Assembly: GCA_038087875.1 (NCBI GenBank)
Contig: JAXLNO010000419.1
Span: 1-61,023 of the forward strand
Length of the DNA stretch: 61,023 nucleotides
Reading direction: 5' to 3'
From: Malacoraja senta
Lineage: Eukaryota
The translations under genes and the position numbers were made by a program. Positions 1 to 13,121 of the stretch are shown piece after piece (position 1 is the stretch's first letter; each line of letters begins with the position of its first letter). Below the pieces are notes generated by a model. It searched no databases. It was not told where the DNA came from and saw nothing but the letters and a program-made list of their open reading frames with translations.

Positions 1-1282
1 TGGATTTTCTCGTTTTTATTTTCATTTTCCCTGTATTTTTCCTCGTTCTCCTTTTCTTTTTTCTCTCGTTTATTTTTCTTTTTAGGGTTTGTTCGGCGTT
101 TTCTCGTTTTCCATGTCTTTACCCGTTGTTCCCAGGGAAAATGAGAAAATCCCGAACCCGAAAACCCGAATAAATGCGAAAAACAGAAAAAAACGAGACA
201 AAAAAGAGGAACGGGCAATATAGGGGAAAATGAAAAAAACTCCGAGAAAAACGAGAGAAAACCCGAAGAAACGAGCGAAAATAGGGAACAACGGGTAAAG
301 ACAGGGAAAATGAGAAAAAGCCGAAAACCCAAAAAATCTGAAAACGCGAATAGACAGGAGTGAAACAAGAGAAAGCGAGCAAAAACAGGGAAAATTAGAA
401 TAACAAACCAGAAAACCTGAAACAACCCTGTTTTACCCGTTCTTCTCCTTTTTCTGGTTTTCTGGTTTGTTCGGGTTTTTCTTATTTCACTCATTTCTTT
501 TCGCGTTTTCGCTATTTCACTGATTTCTTTTCGCGTTTTCGGCTATCGGCTTTGTTCGGGTTTATCTCATTTTCCCTGTCTTTTCCCGTTATTCCCTTTT
601 TTTCGCTCGTTTTTTTAGGTTTCTCTGGATTTTCTCGTTTTTATTTTCATTTCCGTTTTTTCCTGTTCCTCTCCATTTTCTCTCGTTTTTTTCTGTTTTT
701 CGGGTTTGTTCGGCGTTTTTCTCGTTTTCCATGTCTTTACCCGTTGTTCCCAGGGAAAATGAGAAAAACTCGAACCCGAAAACCCGACAAAAATGCGAAA
801 AAGAGAAAGAAACCGAGAGAAAAAGGAGGAACGGGCAAACAGGGAAAATGCAAAAAACCCCGAGAAAAACGAGAGAAAAATCGAAAAACCCCGAGAAAAA
901 CGAGAGAAAAAAAGGACCAACGGGTAAAGACAGGGAAAATGAGAAAAAGCCGAACCCGAAAACCCGAATATATGCGAAAAACAGAAAAAAAACCCAGAAA
1001 ACCCTAAACAACCCTGTTTTACCCGTTCTCTTTTTCGGGTTTTCTGGTTTGTTCGGGTTTTTCTTATTTCCTGTTTTTGCCCGTTTTCTCCTATTTCACT
1101 GATTCCTCCCGTTTTCGGGTTTTTTCGGGATTTCGGGTTATCGGGTTTGTTCGTGTTTTTCTCATTTTCCCTGTCTTTTCCCGTTGTTCCCGTATTTTGC
1201 TCGTTTTTTGGGGGTTTTCTCTGGGTTTTCTCGGGTTTTTCTGTTTTTCGGGTTTGTTCGGCGTTTTCTCATTCTCTCTCTC
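1..1282 (+). repeat. Cassette copy 0 (cut by window edge)
   Basis: Matches the distal ~1.3 kb of the unit and ends ...CATTCTCTCTCTC before TTAGGC. Confidence 0.92.
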
Positions 1283-1637
1283 TTTAGGCTTAGGCTTAGG
1301 CTTAGGCTTAGGCTTAGGCTTAGGCTTAGGCTTAGGCTTAGGCTTAGGCTTAGGCCTTAGGCTTAGGCTTAGGGCTTAGGCTTAGGCTTAGGCTTAGGCT
1401 TAGGCTTAGCTTAGGCTTAGGCTTAGGCTTAGGCTTAGGCTTAGGGTTAGGCTTAGGCTTAGGCTTAGGCTTAGGCTTAGGCTTAGGCTTAGGCTTAGGC
1501 TTAGGCTTAGGGTTAGGGTTAGGGGTTAGGGTTAGGGTTAGGGTTAGGGTTAGGGTTAGGGTTAGGGTTAGGGTTAGGGTTAGGGTTAGGGTTAGGGTTA
1601 GGGTTAGGGTTAGGGTTAGGGTTAGGGTTAGGGTTAG
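1283..1637 (+). repeat. Spacer tract (TTAGGC)n then (TTAGGG)n
   Basis: TTAGGC to ~1506, TTAGGG 1507-1637, ending TTAG|TTCGGC. Confidence 0.97.
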
Positions 1638-3623
1638 TTCGGCGTTTTCTCGTTTTCCATGTATTTACCAGGGAAAATGAGAAAAACTCGAACCCGAAAA
1701 CACGACAAAATGCGAAAAAGAGAAAGAAACCGAGAGAAAAAAGGAGGAACGGGCAAACAGGAAAATGGAAAAACCCCGAGAAAAACGAGAGAAAAATCGA
1801 AAACCCGAGAAAAACGAGAGAAAAAAGGGACCAACGGGTAAAGACAGGGAAAATGAGAAAAAGCCGAACCCGAAAATCCGAATAAATGCGAAAAACAGAA
1901 AAAAAACGAGAGAAAAAAGAGCAACGGGCAAATATAGGGAAAATGAAAAAAAACCCGCGAAAAACGAGAAAAACCCGAAGAAACGAGCGAAAATAGGGAA
2001 CAACGGGTAAAGATAGGGAAAATGAGAAAAAGCCGAAAACCCCAAAAAATCTGAAAACGCGAAAAGACACGAGTGAAACAAGAGAAAGCGGGGAAACAGG
2101 GAATTTTAGAATAACAAACCAGAAAACCCGAAACAACCCTGTTTTACCCGTTCTTCTCTTATTTCGGGTTTTCTGGTTTGTTCGGGTTTTTCTTGTTTTC
2201 CCTGTTTTTGCCCGTTTTGTCTTATTTCACTCATTTCTTTTCGGTTTTTGGTTTTTCGGGTTTTCGGGTTATCGGGTTTGTTCGGATTTTTCTCATTTCC
2301 CTCTTTTCCCTTTTTTCGCTCGTTTTTTTTTAGGTTTTCTCTGGATTTTCTCGTTTTTATTTTCATTTCCCTGTTTTTTCCTGTTCCTCTCTTTTTTCTC
2401 TCGTTTATTTTTCTTTTTCGGGTTTGTTCGGCGTTTTCTCGTTTTCCATGTCTTTACCCGTTGTTCCCAGGGAAAATGAGAAAATCCCGAACCCGAAAAC
2501 CCGAATAAATGCGAAAAACAGAAAAAAAAACGAGACAAAAAAGAAGGAACGGGCAAATATAGGGAAAATGAAAAAAAACTCCGAGAAAAAACGAGAGAAA
2601 ACCCGAAGAAACGAGCGAAAATAGGGAACAACGGGTAAAGACAGGGAAAATGAGAAAAAGCCGAAAACCCAAAAAATCTGAAAACGCGAATAGACAGGAG
2701 TGAAACAAGAGAAAGCGAGCAAAAACAGGGAAAATTAGAATAACAAGCCAGAAACCCGAAACAACCCTGTTTTACCCGTTCTTCTCCTTTTTCGGGTTTT
2801 CTGGTTTGTTCGGGTTTTTATTTCACTCATTTCTTTTCGCGTTTTCGCTATTTCACTGATTTCTTTTTCGCGTTTTCGGCTTATCGGCTTTGTTCGGGTT
2901 TATCTCATTTTCCCTGTCTTTTCCCGTTATTCCCTTTTTTTTCGCTCGTTTTTTTTAGGTTTTCTCTGGATTTTCTCGTTTTTATTTTCATTTCCGTTTT
3001 TCCTGTTCCTCTCCATTTTCTCTCGTTTTTTTCTGTTTTTCGGGTTTGTTCGGCGTTTTCTCGTTTTCCATGTCTTTACCCGTTGTTCCCAGGGAAAATG
3101 AGAAAAACTCGAACCCGAAAACCCGACAAAATGCGAAAAAGAGAAAGAAACCGAGAGAAAAAAGGAGGAACGGGCAAACAGGGAAAATGCAAAAAACCCC
3201 GAGAAAAACGAGAGAAAAATCGAAAACCCGAGAAAAACGAGAGAAAAAAGGGACCAACGGGTAAAGACAGGAAAATGAGAAAAAGCCGAACCCGAAAACC
3301 CGAATATATGCGAAAAACAGAAAAAAAACCCAGAAAACCCTAAACAACCCTGTTTTACCCGTTCTTCTCTTTTTTCGGGTTTTCTGGTTTGTTCGGGTTT
3401 TCTTATTTTCCCTGTTTTTGCCCGTTTTCTCCTATTTCACTGATTCCTTCTCCCGTTTTCGGTTTTTTCGGGATTTCGGGTTATCGGGTTTGTTCGTGTT
3501 TTTCTCATTTTCCCTGTCTTTTCCCGTTGTTCCCTTATTTTGCTCGTTTTTTGGGGGTTTTCTCTGGTTTTCTCGGTTTTTCTGTTTTTCGGGTTTGTTC
3601 GGCGTTTTCTCATTCTCTCTCTC
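1638..3623 (+). repeat. Cassette copy 1, full length (~1.99 kb), three diverged sub-monomers
   Basis: GTTCGGCGTTTTCTC recurs at 1637, 2426, 3048 and 3597, giving sub-monomers of ~790, ~620 and ~550 bp, each an A-rich arm followed by a T-rich arm. Confidence 0.95.
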
Positions 3624-3985
3624 TTAGGCTTAGGCTTAGGCTTAGGCTTAGGCTTAGGCTTAGGCTTAGGCTTAGGCTTAGGCTTAGGCTTAGGCTTAGG
3701 CTTAGGCTTAGGCTTAGGCTTAGGCTTAGGCTTAGGCTTAGGCTTAGGCTTAGGCTTAGGCTTAGGCTTAGGCTTAGGGTTAGGCTTAGGCTTAGGCTTC
3801 GCTTAGGCTTAGGCTTAGGCTTAGGCTTAGGCTTAGGTTAGGCTTAGGGTTAGGGTTAGGGTTAGGGTTAGGGTTATGGTTAGGGTTAGGGTTAGGGTTA
3901 GGGTTAGGGTTAGGGTTAGGGTTAGGGTTAGGGTTAGGGTTAGGGTGAGGGTTAGGGTTAGGGTTAGGGTTAGGGTTAGGGTTAG
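3624..3985 (+). repeat. Spacer tract (TTAGGC)n then (TTAGGG)n
   Basis: Hexamer repeats read directly. Confidence 0.97.
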
Positions 3986-5977
3986 TTCGGCGTTTTCTCG
4001 TTTTCCATGTATTTACCAGGGAAAATGAGAAAAACTCGAACCCGAAAACACGACAAAATGCGAAAAAGAGAAAGAAACCGAGAGAAAAAGGAGGAACGGG
4101 CAAACAGGGGAAAATGGAAAAACCCCGAGAAAAACGAGAGAAAAATCGAAAACCCCGAGAAAAACGAGAGAAAAAAGGGACCAACGGGTAAAGACAGGGA
4201 AAATGAGAAAAAGCCGAACCCGAAAATCCGAATAAATGCGAAAAACAGAAAAAAACGAGAGAAAAAAGAGCAACGGGCAAATATAGGGAAAATGAAAAAA
4301 AAACCCCGCGAAAAACGAGAAAAACCCGAAGAAACGAGCGAAAATAGGGAACAACGGGTAAAGATAGGGAAAATGAGAAAAAGCCGAAAACCCCAAAAAA
4401 TCTGAAACGCGAAAAGACACGAGTGAAACAAGAGAAAGCGGGGAAACAGGAATTTTAGGAATAACAAACCAGAAAACCCGAAACAACCCTGTTTTACCCG
4501 TTCTTCTCTTATTTCGGGTTTTCTGGTTTGTTTCGGGTTTTTTCTTGTTTTCCCTGTTTTTGCCCGTTTTGTCTTATTTCACTCATTTCTTTTCGCGTTT
4601 TCGGGTTTTTTTCGGGTTTTCGGGTTATCGGGTTTGTTCGGATTTTTCTCATTTTCCTCTTTTCCCTTTTTTCGCTCGTTTTTTTTAGGTTTTCTCTGGA
4701 TTTTCTCGTTTTTTATTTTCATTTCCCTGTTTTTTCCTGTTCCTCTCTTTTTTCTCTCGTTTATTTTTCTTTTCGGGTTTGTTCGGCGTTTTCTCGTTTT
4801 CCATGTCTTTACCCGTTGTTCCCAGGGAAAATGAGAAAATCCCGAACCCGAAAACCAGAATAAATGCGAAAAACAGAAAAAAAAACGAGACAAAAAAGAG
4901 GAACGGGCAAATATAGGGAAAATGAAAAAACTCCGAGAAAAACGAGAGAAAAACCCGAAGAAACGAGCGAAAATAGGGAACAACGGGGTAAAGACAGGGA
5001 AAATGAGAAAAAGCCGAAAACCCAAAAAATCTGAAAACGCGAATAGACAGGAGTGAAACAAGAGAAAGCGAGCAAAAAACAGGGAAAATTAGAATAACAA
5101 GCCAGAAAAACCGAAACAACCCTGTTTTACCCGTTCTTCTCCTTTTTCGGGTTTTCTGGTTTGTTCGGGTTTTTATTTCACTCATTTCTTTTCGCGTTTC
5201 GCTATTTCACTGATTTCTTTTCGCGTTTTCGGCTTATCGGCTTTGTTCGGGTTTATCTCATTTTCCCTGTCCTTTTCCCGTTATTCCCTTTTTTCGCTCG
5301 TTTTTTTTAGGTTTTCTCTGGATTTTCTCGTTTTTATTTTCATTTCCGTTTTTTCCTGTTCCTCTCCATTTTCTCTCGTTTTTTTCTGTTTTTCGGGTTT
5401 GTTCGGCGTTTCTCGTTTTCCATGTCTTTACCCGTTGTTCCCAGGGAAAATGAGAAAAACTCGAACCCGAAAACCCGACAAAATGCGAAAAAGAGAAAGA
5501 AACCGAGAGAAAAGGAGGAAACGGGCAAACAGGGGAAAATGCAAAAAACCCCGAGAAAAACGAGAGAAAAATCGAAAACCCGAGAAAAACGAGAGAAAAA
5601 AGGGACCAACGGGTAAAGACAGGGAAAATGAGAAAAAGCCGAACCCGAAAACCCGAATATATGCGAAAAACAGAAAAAAACCCAGAAAACCCTAAACAAC
5701 CCTGTTTTACCCGTTCTTCTCTTTTTTCGGTTTTCTGGTTTGTTCGGGTTTTTCTTATTTTCCCTGTTTTTGCCCGTTTTCTCCTATTTCACTGATTCCT
5801 TCTCCCGTTTTCGGGTTTTTTCGGGATTTCGGGTTATCGGGTTTGTTCGTGTTTTTCTCATTTTCCCTGTCTTTTCCCGTTGTTCCCTTATTTTGCTCGT
5901 TTTTTGGGGTTTCTCTGGGTTTTCTCGGTTTTTTCTGTTTTTTCGGGTTTGTTCGGCGTTTTCTCATTCTCTCTCTC
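3986..5977 (+). repeat. Cassette copy 2, full length
   Basis: Same termini and internal order as copy 1. Confidence 0.95.
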
Positions 5978-6562
5978 TTAGGCTTAGGCTTAGGCCTAGG
6001 CTTAGGCTTAGGCTTAGGCTTAGGCTTAGGCTTAGGCTTAGGCTTAGGCTTAGGCTTAGGCTTAGGCTTAGGCTTAGGCTTAGGCAGGCTTAGGCTTAGG
6101 CTTAGGCTTAGGCTTAGGCTTAGGCTTAGGCTTAGGCTTAGGCTTAGGCTTAGGCTTAGGGTTAGGCTTAGGCTTAGGCTTAGGCTTAGGCTTAGGCTTA
6201 GGCTTAGGCTTAGGCTTAGGTTTAGGCTTAGGCTTAGGCTTAGGCTTAGGCTTAGGCTTAGGTTTAGGCTTAGGCTTAGGCTTAGGCTTAGGCTTAGGCT
6301 TAGGCTTAGGCTTAGGCTTAGGGTTAGGGTTAGGGTTAGGGTTAGGGTTAGGGTTAGGGTTAGGGTTAGGGTTAGGGTTAGGGTTAGGGTTAGGGTTAGG
6401 GTTAGGGTTAGGGGTTAGGGTTAGGGTTAGGGTTAGGGTTAGGGTTAGGGTTAGGGTTAGGGTTAGGGTTAGGGTTAGGGTTAGGGTTAGGGTTAGGGTT
6501 AGGGTTAGGGTTAGGGTTAGGGTTAGGGTTAGGGTTAGGGTTAGGGTTAGGGTTAGGGTTAG
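5978..6562 (+). repeat. Spacer tract (TTAGGC)n then (TTAGGG)~40
   Basis: TTAGGG from ~6318; CTAGGC variant at 5996. Confidence 0.97.
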
Positions 6563-8488
6563 TTCGGCGTTTTCTCGTTTTCCATGTATTTACCAGGGAA
6601 AATGAGAAAAACTCGAACCCGAAAACTCGACAAAATGCGAAAAAGAGAAAGAAACCGAGAGAAAAAGGAGGAAACGGGCAAACAGGGAAAATGGAAAAAA
6701 CCCCGAGAAAAACGAGAGAAAAATCGAAAACCCGAGAAAAAACGAGAGAAAAAAGGGACCAACGGGTAAAGACAGGGAAAATGAGAAAAAGCCGAACCCG
6801 AAAATCCGAATAAATGAGAAAAACAGAAAAAAAAACGAGAGAAAAAAAGAGCAACGGCAAATATAGGGAAAATGAAAAAAACCCCGAGAAAAACGAGAAA
6901 AACCCGAAGAAACGAGCGAAAATAGGGAACAACGGGTAAAGATAGGGAAAATGAGAAAAGCCGAAAACCCAAAAAATCTGAAAACGCGAAAAGACACGAG
7001 TGAAACAAGAGAAAGCGGGAAACAGGGAATTTTAGAATAACAAACCAGAAAACCCGAAACAACCCTGTTTTACCCGTTCTTCTCTTATTTCGGGTTTTCT
7101 GGTTTGTTCGGGTTTTTCTTGTTTTCCTGTTTTTGCCCGTTTTGTCTTATTTCACTCATTTCTTTTCGCGTTTTTCGGGTTTTTTCGGGTTTTCGGGTTA
7201 TCGGGTTTGTTCGGATTTTTCTCATTTTCCCCTCTTTTTCCCTTTTTTCGCTCGTTTTTTTTAGGTTTTCTCTGGATTTTTCTCGTTTTTATTTTCATTT
7301 CCCTGTTTTTTCCTGTTCCTCTCTTTTTTCTCTCGTTTATTTTTCTTTTTCGGGTTTGTTCGGCGTTTTCTCGTTTTCCCATGTCTTTACCCGTTGTTCC
7401 CAGGGAAAATGAGAAAATCCCGAACCCGAAAACCCGAATAAATGCGAAAAACAGAAAAAAACGAGACAAAAAAGAGGAACGGGCAAATATAGGGAAAATG
7501 AAAAAAAACTCCGAGAAAAACGAGAGAAAACCCGAAGAAACGAGCGAAAATAGGGAACAACGGGTAAAGACAGGGAAAATGAGAAAAAGCCGAAAAACCC
7601 AAAAAATCTGAAAACGCGAATAGACAGGAGTGAAACAAGAGAAAGCGAGCAAAAACAGGGAAAATTAGAATAACAAACCAGAAAACCCGAAACAACCCTG
7701 TTTTACCCGTTCTTCTCCTTTTTCGGGTTTTCTGGTTTGTTCGGGTTTTTCTTATTTCACTCATTTCTTTTCGCGTTTTCGCTATTTCACTGATTTCTTT
7801 TCGCGTTTTCGGCTTATCGGCTTTGTTCGGGTTTATCTCATTTTCCCTGTCTTTCCGTTATTCCCTTTTTTTGCTCGTTTTTTTTTAGGTTTTCTCTGGA
7901 TTTTCTCGTTTTTATTTTCATTTCCGTTTTTTTCGTTTTTTCCTGTTCACTCTCCATTTTCTCTCGTTTTTTTCTGTTTTTCGGGTTTGTTCGGCGTTTT
8001 CTCGTTTTCCATGTCTTTACCCGTTGTTCCCAGGGAAAATGAGAAAAACTCGAACCCGAAAACCCGACAAAATGCGAAAAAGAGAAAGAAACCGAGAGAA
8101 AAAGGAGGAACGGGCAAACAGGGAAAATGCAAAAAAACCCGAGAAAAACGAGAGAAAAATCGAAAACCCGAGAAAAACGAGAGAAAAAAGGGACCAACGG
8201 GTAAAGACAGGGAAAATGAGAAAAAGCCGAACCGAAAACCCGAATATATGCGAAAAACAGAAAAAAAAACCAGAAAACCCTAAACAACCTGTTTTACCCG
8301 TTCTTCTCTTTTTTCGGGTTTTCTGGTTTGTTCGGGTTTTTCTTATTTTCCCTGTTTTTTGCCCGTTTTCTCCTATTTCACTGATTCCTTCTCCCGTTTT
8401 CGGGTGTTTTCGGGATTTCGGGTTATCGGGTTTGTTCGTGTTTTTCTCATTTTCCTGTCTTTTCCCGTTGTTCCCTTATTTTGCTCGT
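6563..8488 (+). repeat. Cassette copy 3, distally truncated by ~80 bp
   Basis: Ends ...TTATTTTGCTCGT|TTAGGC and lacks the usual terminal GTTCGGCGTTTTCTCATTCTCTC segment. Confidence 0.9.
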
Positions 8489-8826
8489 TTAGGCTTAGGC
8501 AGGCTTAGGCTTAGGCTTAGGCTTAGGCTTTAGGCTTAGGCTTAGGCTTAGGCTTAGGCTTAGGCTTAGGCTTAGGCTTAGGCTTAGGCTTAGGCTTAGG
8601 CTTAGGCTTAGGCTTAGGCTTAGGCTTAGGCTTAGGTTTAGGCTTAGGCTTAGGCTTAGGCTTAGGCTTAGGCTTAGGCTTAGGCTTAGGCTTAGGCTTA
8701 GGCTTAGGCTTAGGGTTAGGGTTAGGGTTAGGGTTAGGGATAGGGTTAGGGTTAGGGTTAGGGTTAGGGTTAGGGTTAGGGTTAGGGTTAGGGTTAGGGT
8801 TAGGGTTAGGGTAGGGTTAGGGTTAG
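8489..8826 (+). repeat. Spacer tract (TTAGGC)n then (TTAGGG)n
   Basis: TTAGGG from ~8710. Confidence 0.97.
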
Positions 8827-10819
8827 TTCGGCGTTTTCTCGTTTTCCATGTATTTACCAGGGAAAATGAGAAAAACTCGAACCCGAAACTCGACAAAATG
8901 CGAAAAAGAGAAAGAAACCGAGAGAAAAAGGAGGAACGGGCAAACAGGGAAAATGGAAAAAACCCCGAGAAAAACGAGAGAAAAATCGAAAACCCGAGAA
9001 AAACGAGAGAAAAAAGGGACCAACGGGTAAAGACAGGGAAAATGAGAAAAAGCCGAACCCGAAAATCCGAATAAATGCGAAAAACAGAAAAAAAAAACGA
9101 GAGAAAAAAGAGCAACGGGCAAATATAGGGAAAATGAAAAAAACCCCGAGAAAAAAACGAGAAAAACCCGAAGAAACGAGCGAAAATAGGGAACAACGGG
9201 GTAAAGATAGGGAAAATGAGAAAAAGCCGAAAACCCCAAAAATCTGAAAACGCGAAAAGACACGAGTGAAACAAGAGAAAGCGGGGAAACAGGGAATTTT
9301 AGAATAACAAACCAGAAAACCCGAAACAACCCTGTTTTACCCGTTCTTCTCTTATTTCGGGTTTTCTGGTTTGTTCGGGTTTTTCTTGTTTTCCCTGTTT
9401 TTGCCCGTTTTGTCTTATTTCACTCATTTCTTTTCGCGTTTTCGGGTTTTTTCGGGTTTTCGGGTTATCGGGTTTGTTCGATTTTTCTCATTTTCCCTCT
9501 TTTCCTTTTTTCGCTCGTTTTTTTTAGGTTTTCTCTGGATTTTCTCGTTTTTATTTTCATTTCCCTGTTTTTTCCTGTTCCTCTCTTTTTTCTCTCGTTT
9601 ATTTTTCTTTTTAGGGTTTGTTCGGCGTTTTCTCGTTTTCCATGTCTTTACCCGTTGTTCCCAGGGAAAATGAGAAAATCCCGAACCCGAAAACCCGAAT
9701 AAATGCGAAAAACAGAAAAAAAACAGAGACAAAAAAGAGGAACGGGCAAATATAGGGAAAATGGAAAAAAACTCCGAGAAAAACGAGAGAAAACCCGAAG
9801 AAACGAGCGAAAATAGGGAACAACGGGTAAAGACAGGGAAAATGAGAAAAAGCCGAAAACCCAAAAAATCTGAAAACGCGAATAGACAGGAGTGAAACAA
9901 GAGAAAGCGAGCAAAAACAGGGAAAATTAGAATAACAAACCAGAAAACCCGAAACAACCCTGTTTTACCCGTTCTTCTCCTTTTTCGGGTTTTCTGGTTT
10001 GTTCGGGTTTTTCTTATTTCACTCATTTCTTTTCGCGTTTTCGCTATTTCACTGATTTCTTTTCGCGTTTTCGGCTTATCGGCTTTGTTCGGGTTTATCT
10101 CATTTTCCCTGTCTTTTCCCGTTATTCCCTTTTTTTGCTCGTTTTTTTTAGGTTTTCTCTGGATTTTCTCGTTTTTATTTTCATTTCCGTTTTTTCCTGT
10201 TCCTCTCCATTTTCTCTCGTTTTTTTCTGTTTTTCGGGTTTGTTCGGCGTTTTCTCGTTTTCCATGTCTTTACCCGTTGTTCCCAGGGAAAATGAGAAAA
10301 ACTCGAACCCGAAAACCCGACAAAATGCGAAAAAGAGAAAGAAACCGAGAGAAAAAGGAGGAACGGGCAAACAGGGAAAATGCAAAAAACCCCGAGAAAA
10401 ACGAGAGAAAAATCGAAAACCCGAGAAAAACGAGAGAAAAAAGGGACCAACGGGTAAAGACAGGGAAAATGAGAAAAAGCCGAACCCGAAAACCCGAATA
10501 TATGCGAAAAACAGAAAAAAAAACAGAAACCCTAAACAACCCTGTTTTACCCGTTCTTCTCTTTTTTCGGGTTTTCTGGTTTGTTCGGGTTTTTCTTTTT
10601 TTCCCTGTTTTTGCCCGTTTTCTCCTATTTCACTGATTCCTTCTCCCGTTTTTCGGGTTTTTTCGGGATTTCGGGTTATCGGGTTTGTTCGTGTTTTTCT
10701 CATTTTCCCTGTCTTTTCCCGTTGTTCCCTTATTTTGCTCGTTTTTGGGGGTTTTCTCTGGGTTTTCTCGTTTTTTTCTGTTTTTCGGGTTTGTTCGGCG
10801 TTTTCTCATTCTCTCTCTC
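8827..10819 (+). repeat. Cassette copy 4, full length
   Basis: Canonical termini. Confidence 0.95.
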
Positions 10820-11135
10820 TTAGGCTTAGGCTTAGGCCTAGGCTTAGGCTTAGGCTTAGGCTTAGGCTTAGGCTTAGGCTTAGGCTTAGGCTTAGGCTTA
10901 GGTTTAGGCTTAGGCTTAGGCTTAGGCTTAGGCTTAGGCTTAGGCTTAGGCTTAGGCTTAGGTTTAGGCTTAGGCTTAGGCTTAGGCTTAGGCTTAGGGC
11001 TTAGGGTTAGGGTTAGGGTTAGGGTTAGGGTTAGGGTTAGGGTTAGGGTTAGGGTTAGGGTTAGGGTTAGGGTTAGGGTTAGGGTTAGGGTTAGGGTTAG
11101 GGTTAGGGTTAGGGTTAGGGTTAGGTTAGGGTTAG
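10820..11135 (+). repeat. Spacer tract (TTAGGC)n then (TTAGGG)n
   Basis: TTAGGG from 11001. Confidence 0.97.
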
Positions 11136-13121
11136 TTCGGCGTTTCTTGTTTTCCATGTATTTACCAGGGAAAATGAGAAAACTCGAACCCGAAAACTCG
11201 ACAAAATGCGAAAAAGAGAAAGAAACCGAGAGAAAAAGGAGGAACGGGCAAACAGGGAAAATGGAAAAAACCCCGAGAAAAACGAGAGAAAAATCGAAAA
11301 ACCCGAGAAAAACGAGAGAAAAAAGGGACCAACGTGTAAAGACAGGGAAAATGAGAAAAAGCCGAACCCGAAAATCCGAATAAATGCGAAAAACAGAAAA
11401 AAAAAACGAGAGAAAAAAGAGCAACGGGCAAATATAGGGAAAATGAAAAAAACCCCGAGAAAAACGAGAAAAACCCGAAGAAACGAGCGAAAATAGGGAA
11501 CAACGGGTAAAGATAGGGAAAATGAGAAAAAGCCGAAAACCCAAAAAATCTGAAAACGCGAAAAGACACGAGTGAAACAAGAGAAAGCGGGGAAACAGGG
11601 AATTTTAGAATAACAAACCAGAAAACCCGAAACAACCCTGTTTTACCCGTTCTTCTCTTATTTCGGGTTTTCTGGTTTGTTCGGGTTTTTCTTGTTTTCC
11701 CTGTTTTTGCCCGTTTTGTCTTATTTCAGTCATTTCTTTTCGCGTTTTCGGGTTTTTATCGGGCTTTCGGGTTATCGGGTTTGTTCGGATTTTTCTCATT
11801 TTCCCTCTTTTCCTTTTTTCGCTCGTTTTTTTTAGGTTTTCTCTGGATTTTCTCGTTTTTATTTTCATTTCCCTGTTTTTTCCTGTTTCTCTCTTTTTTC
11901 TCTCGTTTATTTTTCTTTTTCGGGTTTGTTCGGCGTTTTCTCGTTTTCCATGTCTTTACCCGTTGTTCCCAGGGAAAATGAGAAAATCCCGAACCCGAAA
12001 ACCCGAATAAATGCGAAAAACAGAAAAAAACGAGACAAAAAAGAGGAACGGGCAAATATAGGGAAAATGAAAAAATCTCCGAGAAAAACGAGAGAAAACC
12101 CCGAAGAAACGAGCGAAAATAGGGAACAACGGGTAAAGACAGGGAAAATGAGAAAAAGCCGAAAACCCAAAAAATCTGAAAACGCGAATAGACAGGAGTG
12201 AAACAAGAGAAAGCGGGCAAAAACAGGGAAAATTAGAATAACAAACCAGAAAACCCGAAACAACCCTGTTTTACCCGTTCTTCTCCTTTTTCGGGTTTTC
12301 TGGTTTGTTCGGGTTTTTCTTATTTCACTCATTTCTTTTCGCGTTTTTGCTATTTCACTGATTTCTTTTCGCGTTTTCGGCTTATCGGCTTTGTTCGGGT
12401 TTATCTCATTTTCCCTGTCTTTTCCCGTTATTCCCTTTTTTCGCTCGTTTTTTTAGGTTTCTCTGGATTTTCTCGTTTTTATTTTCATTTCCGTTTTTCC
12501 TGTTCCTCTCCATTTTCTCTCGTTTTTTCTGTTTTTCGGGTTTGTTCGGCGTTTTCTCGTTTTCCATGTCTTTACCCGTTGTTCCCAGGGAAAATGAGAA
12601 AAACTCGAACCCGAAAACCCGACAAAATGCGAAAAAGAGAAAGAAACCGAGAGAAAAAGGAGGAACGGGCAAACAGGGAAAATGCAAAAAACCCCGAGAA
12701 AAACGAGAGAAAAATCGAAAACCCGAGAAAAACGAGAGAAAAAAGGGACCAACGGGTAAAGACAGGGAAAAATGAGAAAAAGCCGAACCCGAAAACCCGA
12801 ATATATGCGAAAAACAGAAAAAAAAACCCAGAAAAACCCTAAACAACCCTGTTTTACCCGTTCTTCTCTTTTTTCGGGTTTCTGGTTTGTTCGGGTTTTT
12901 CTTATTTTCCCTGTTTTTGCCCGTTTTCTCCTATTTCACTGATTCCTTCTCCCGTTTTCGGGTTTTTTCGGGATTTCGGGTTATCGGGTTTGTTCGTGTT
13001 TTTCTCATTTTCCCTGTCTTTTCCCGTTGTTCCCTTATTTTGCTCGTTTTTGGGGTTTTCTCTCGGTTTCTCGGTTTTTCTGTTTTTCGGGTTTGTTCGG
13101 CGTTTTCTCATTCTCTCTCTC
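11136..13121 (+). repeat. Cassette copy 5, full length
   Basis: Canonical termini. Confidence 0.95.

Noticed and set aside
2143..2152. TTACCCG as a Reb1-type binding site
   Set aside because: Matches the budding-yeast consensus, but it is short and nothing suggests a yeast host.
1638..3623. Hammerhead ribozyme as in Penelope-like terminal repeats
   Set aside because: No CTGANGA core was found by eye on either strand (only CTGATTT, CTGATTC, CTGAAAA); a covariance-model search would be needed to exclude variants.
1638..3623. MITE, LTR element or tRNA-derived SINE
   Set aside because: No target-site duplication, transposase-type terminal inverted repeats, TG..CA ends, recognisable Pol III boxes or poly(A) tail.
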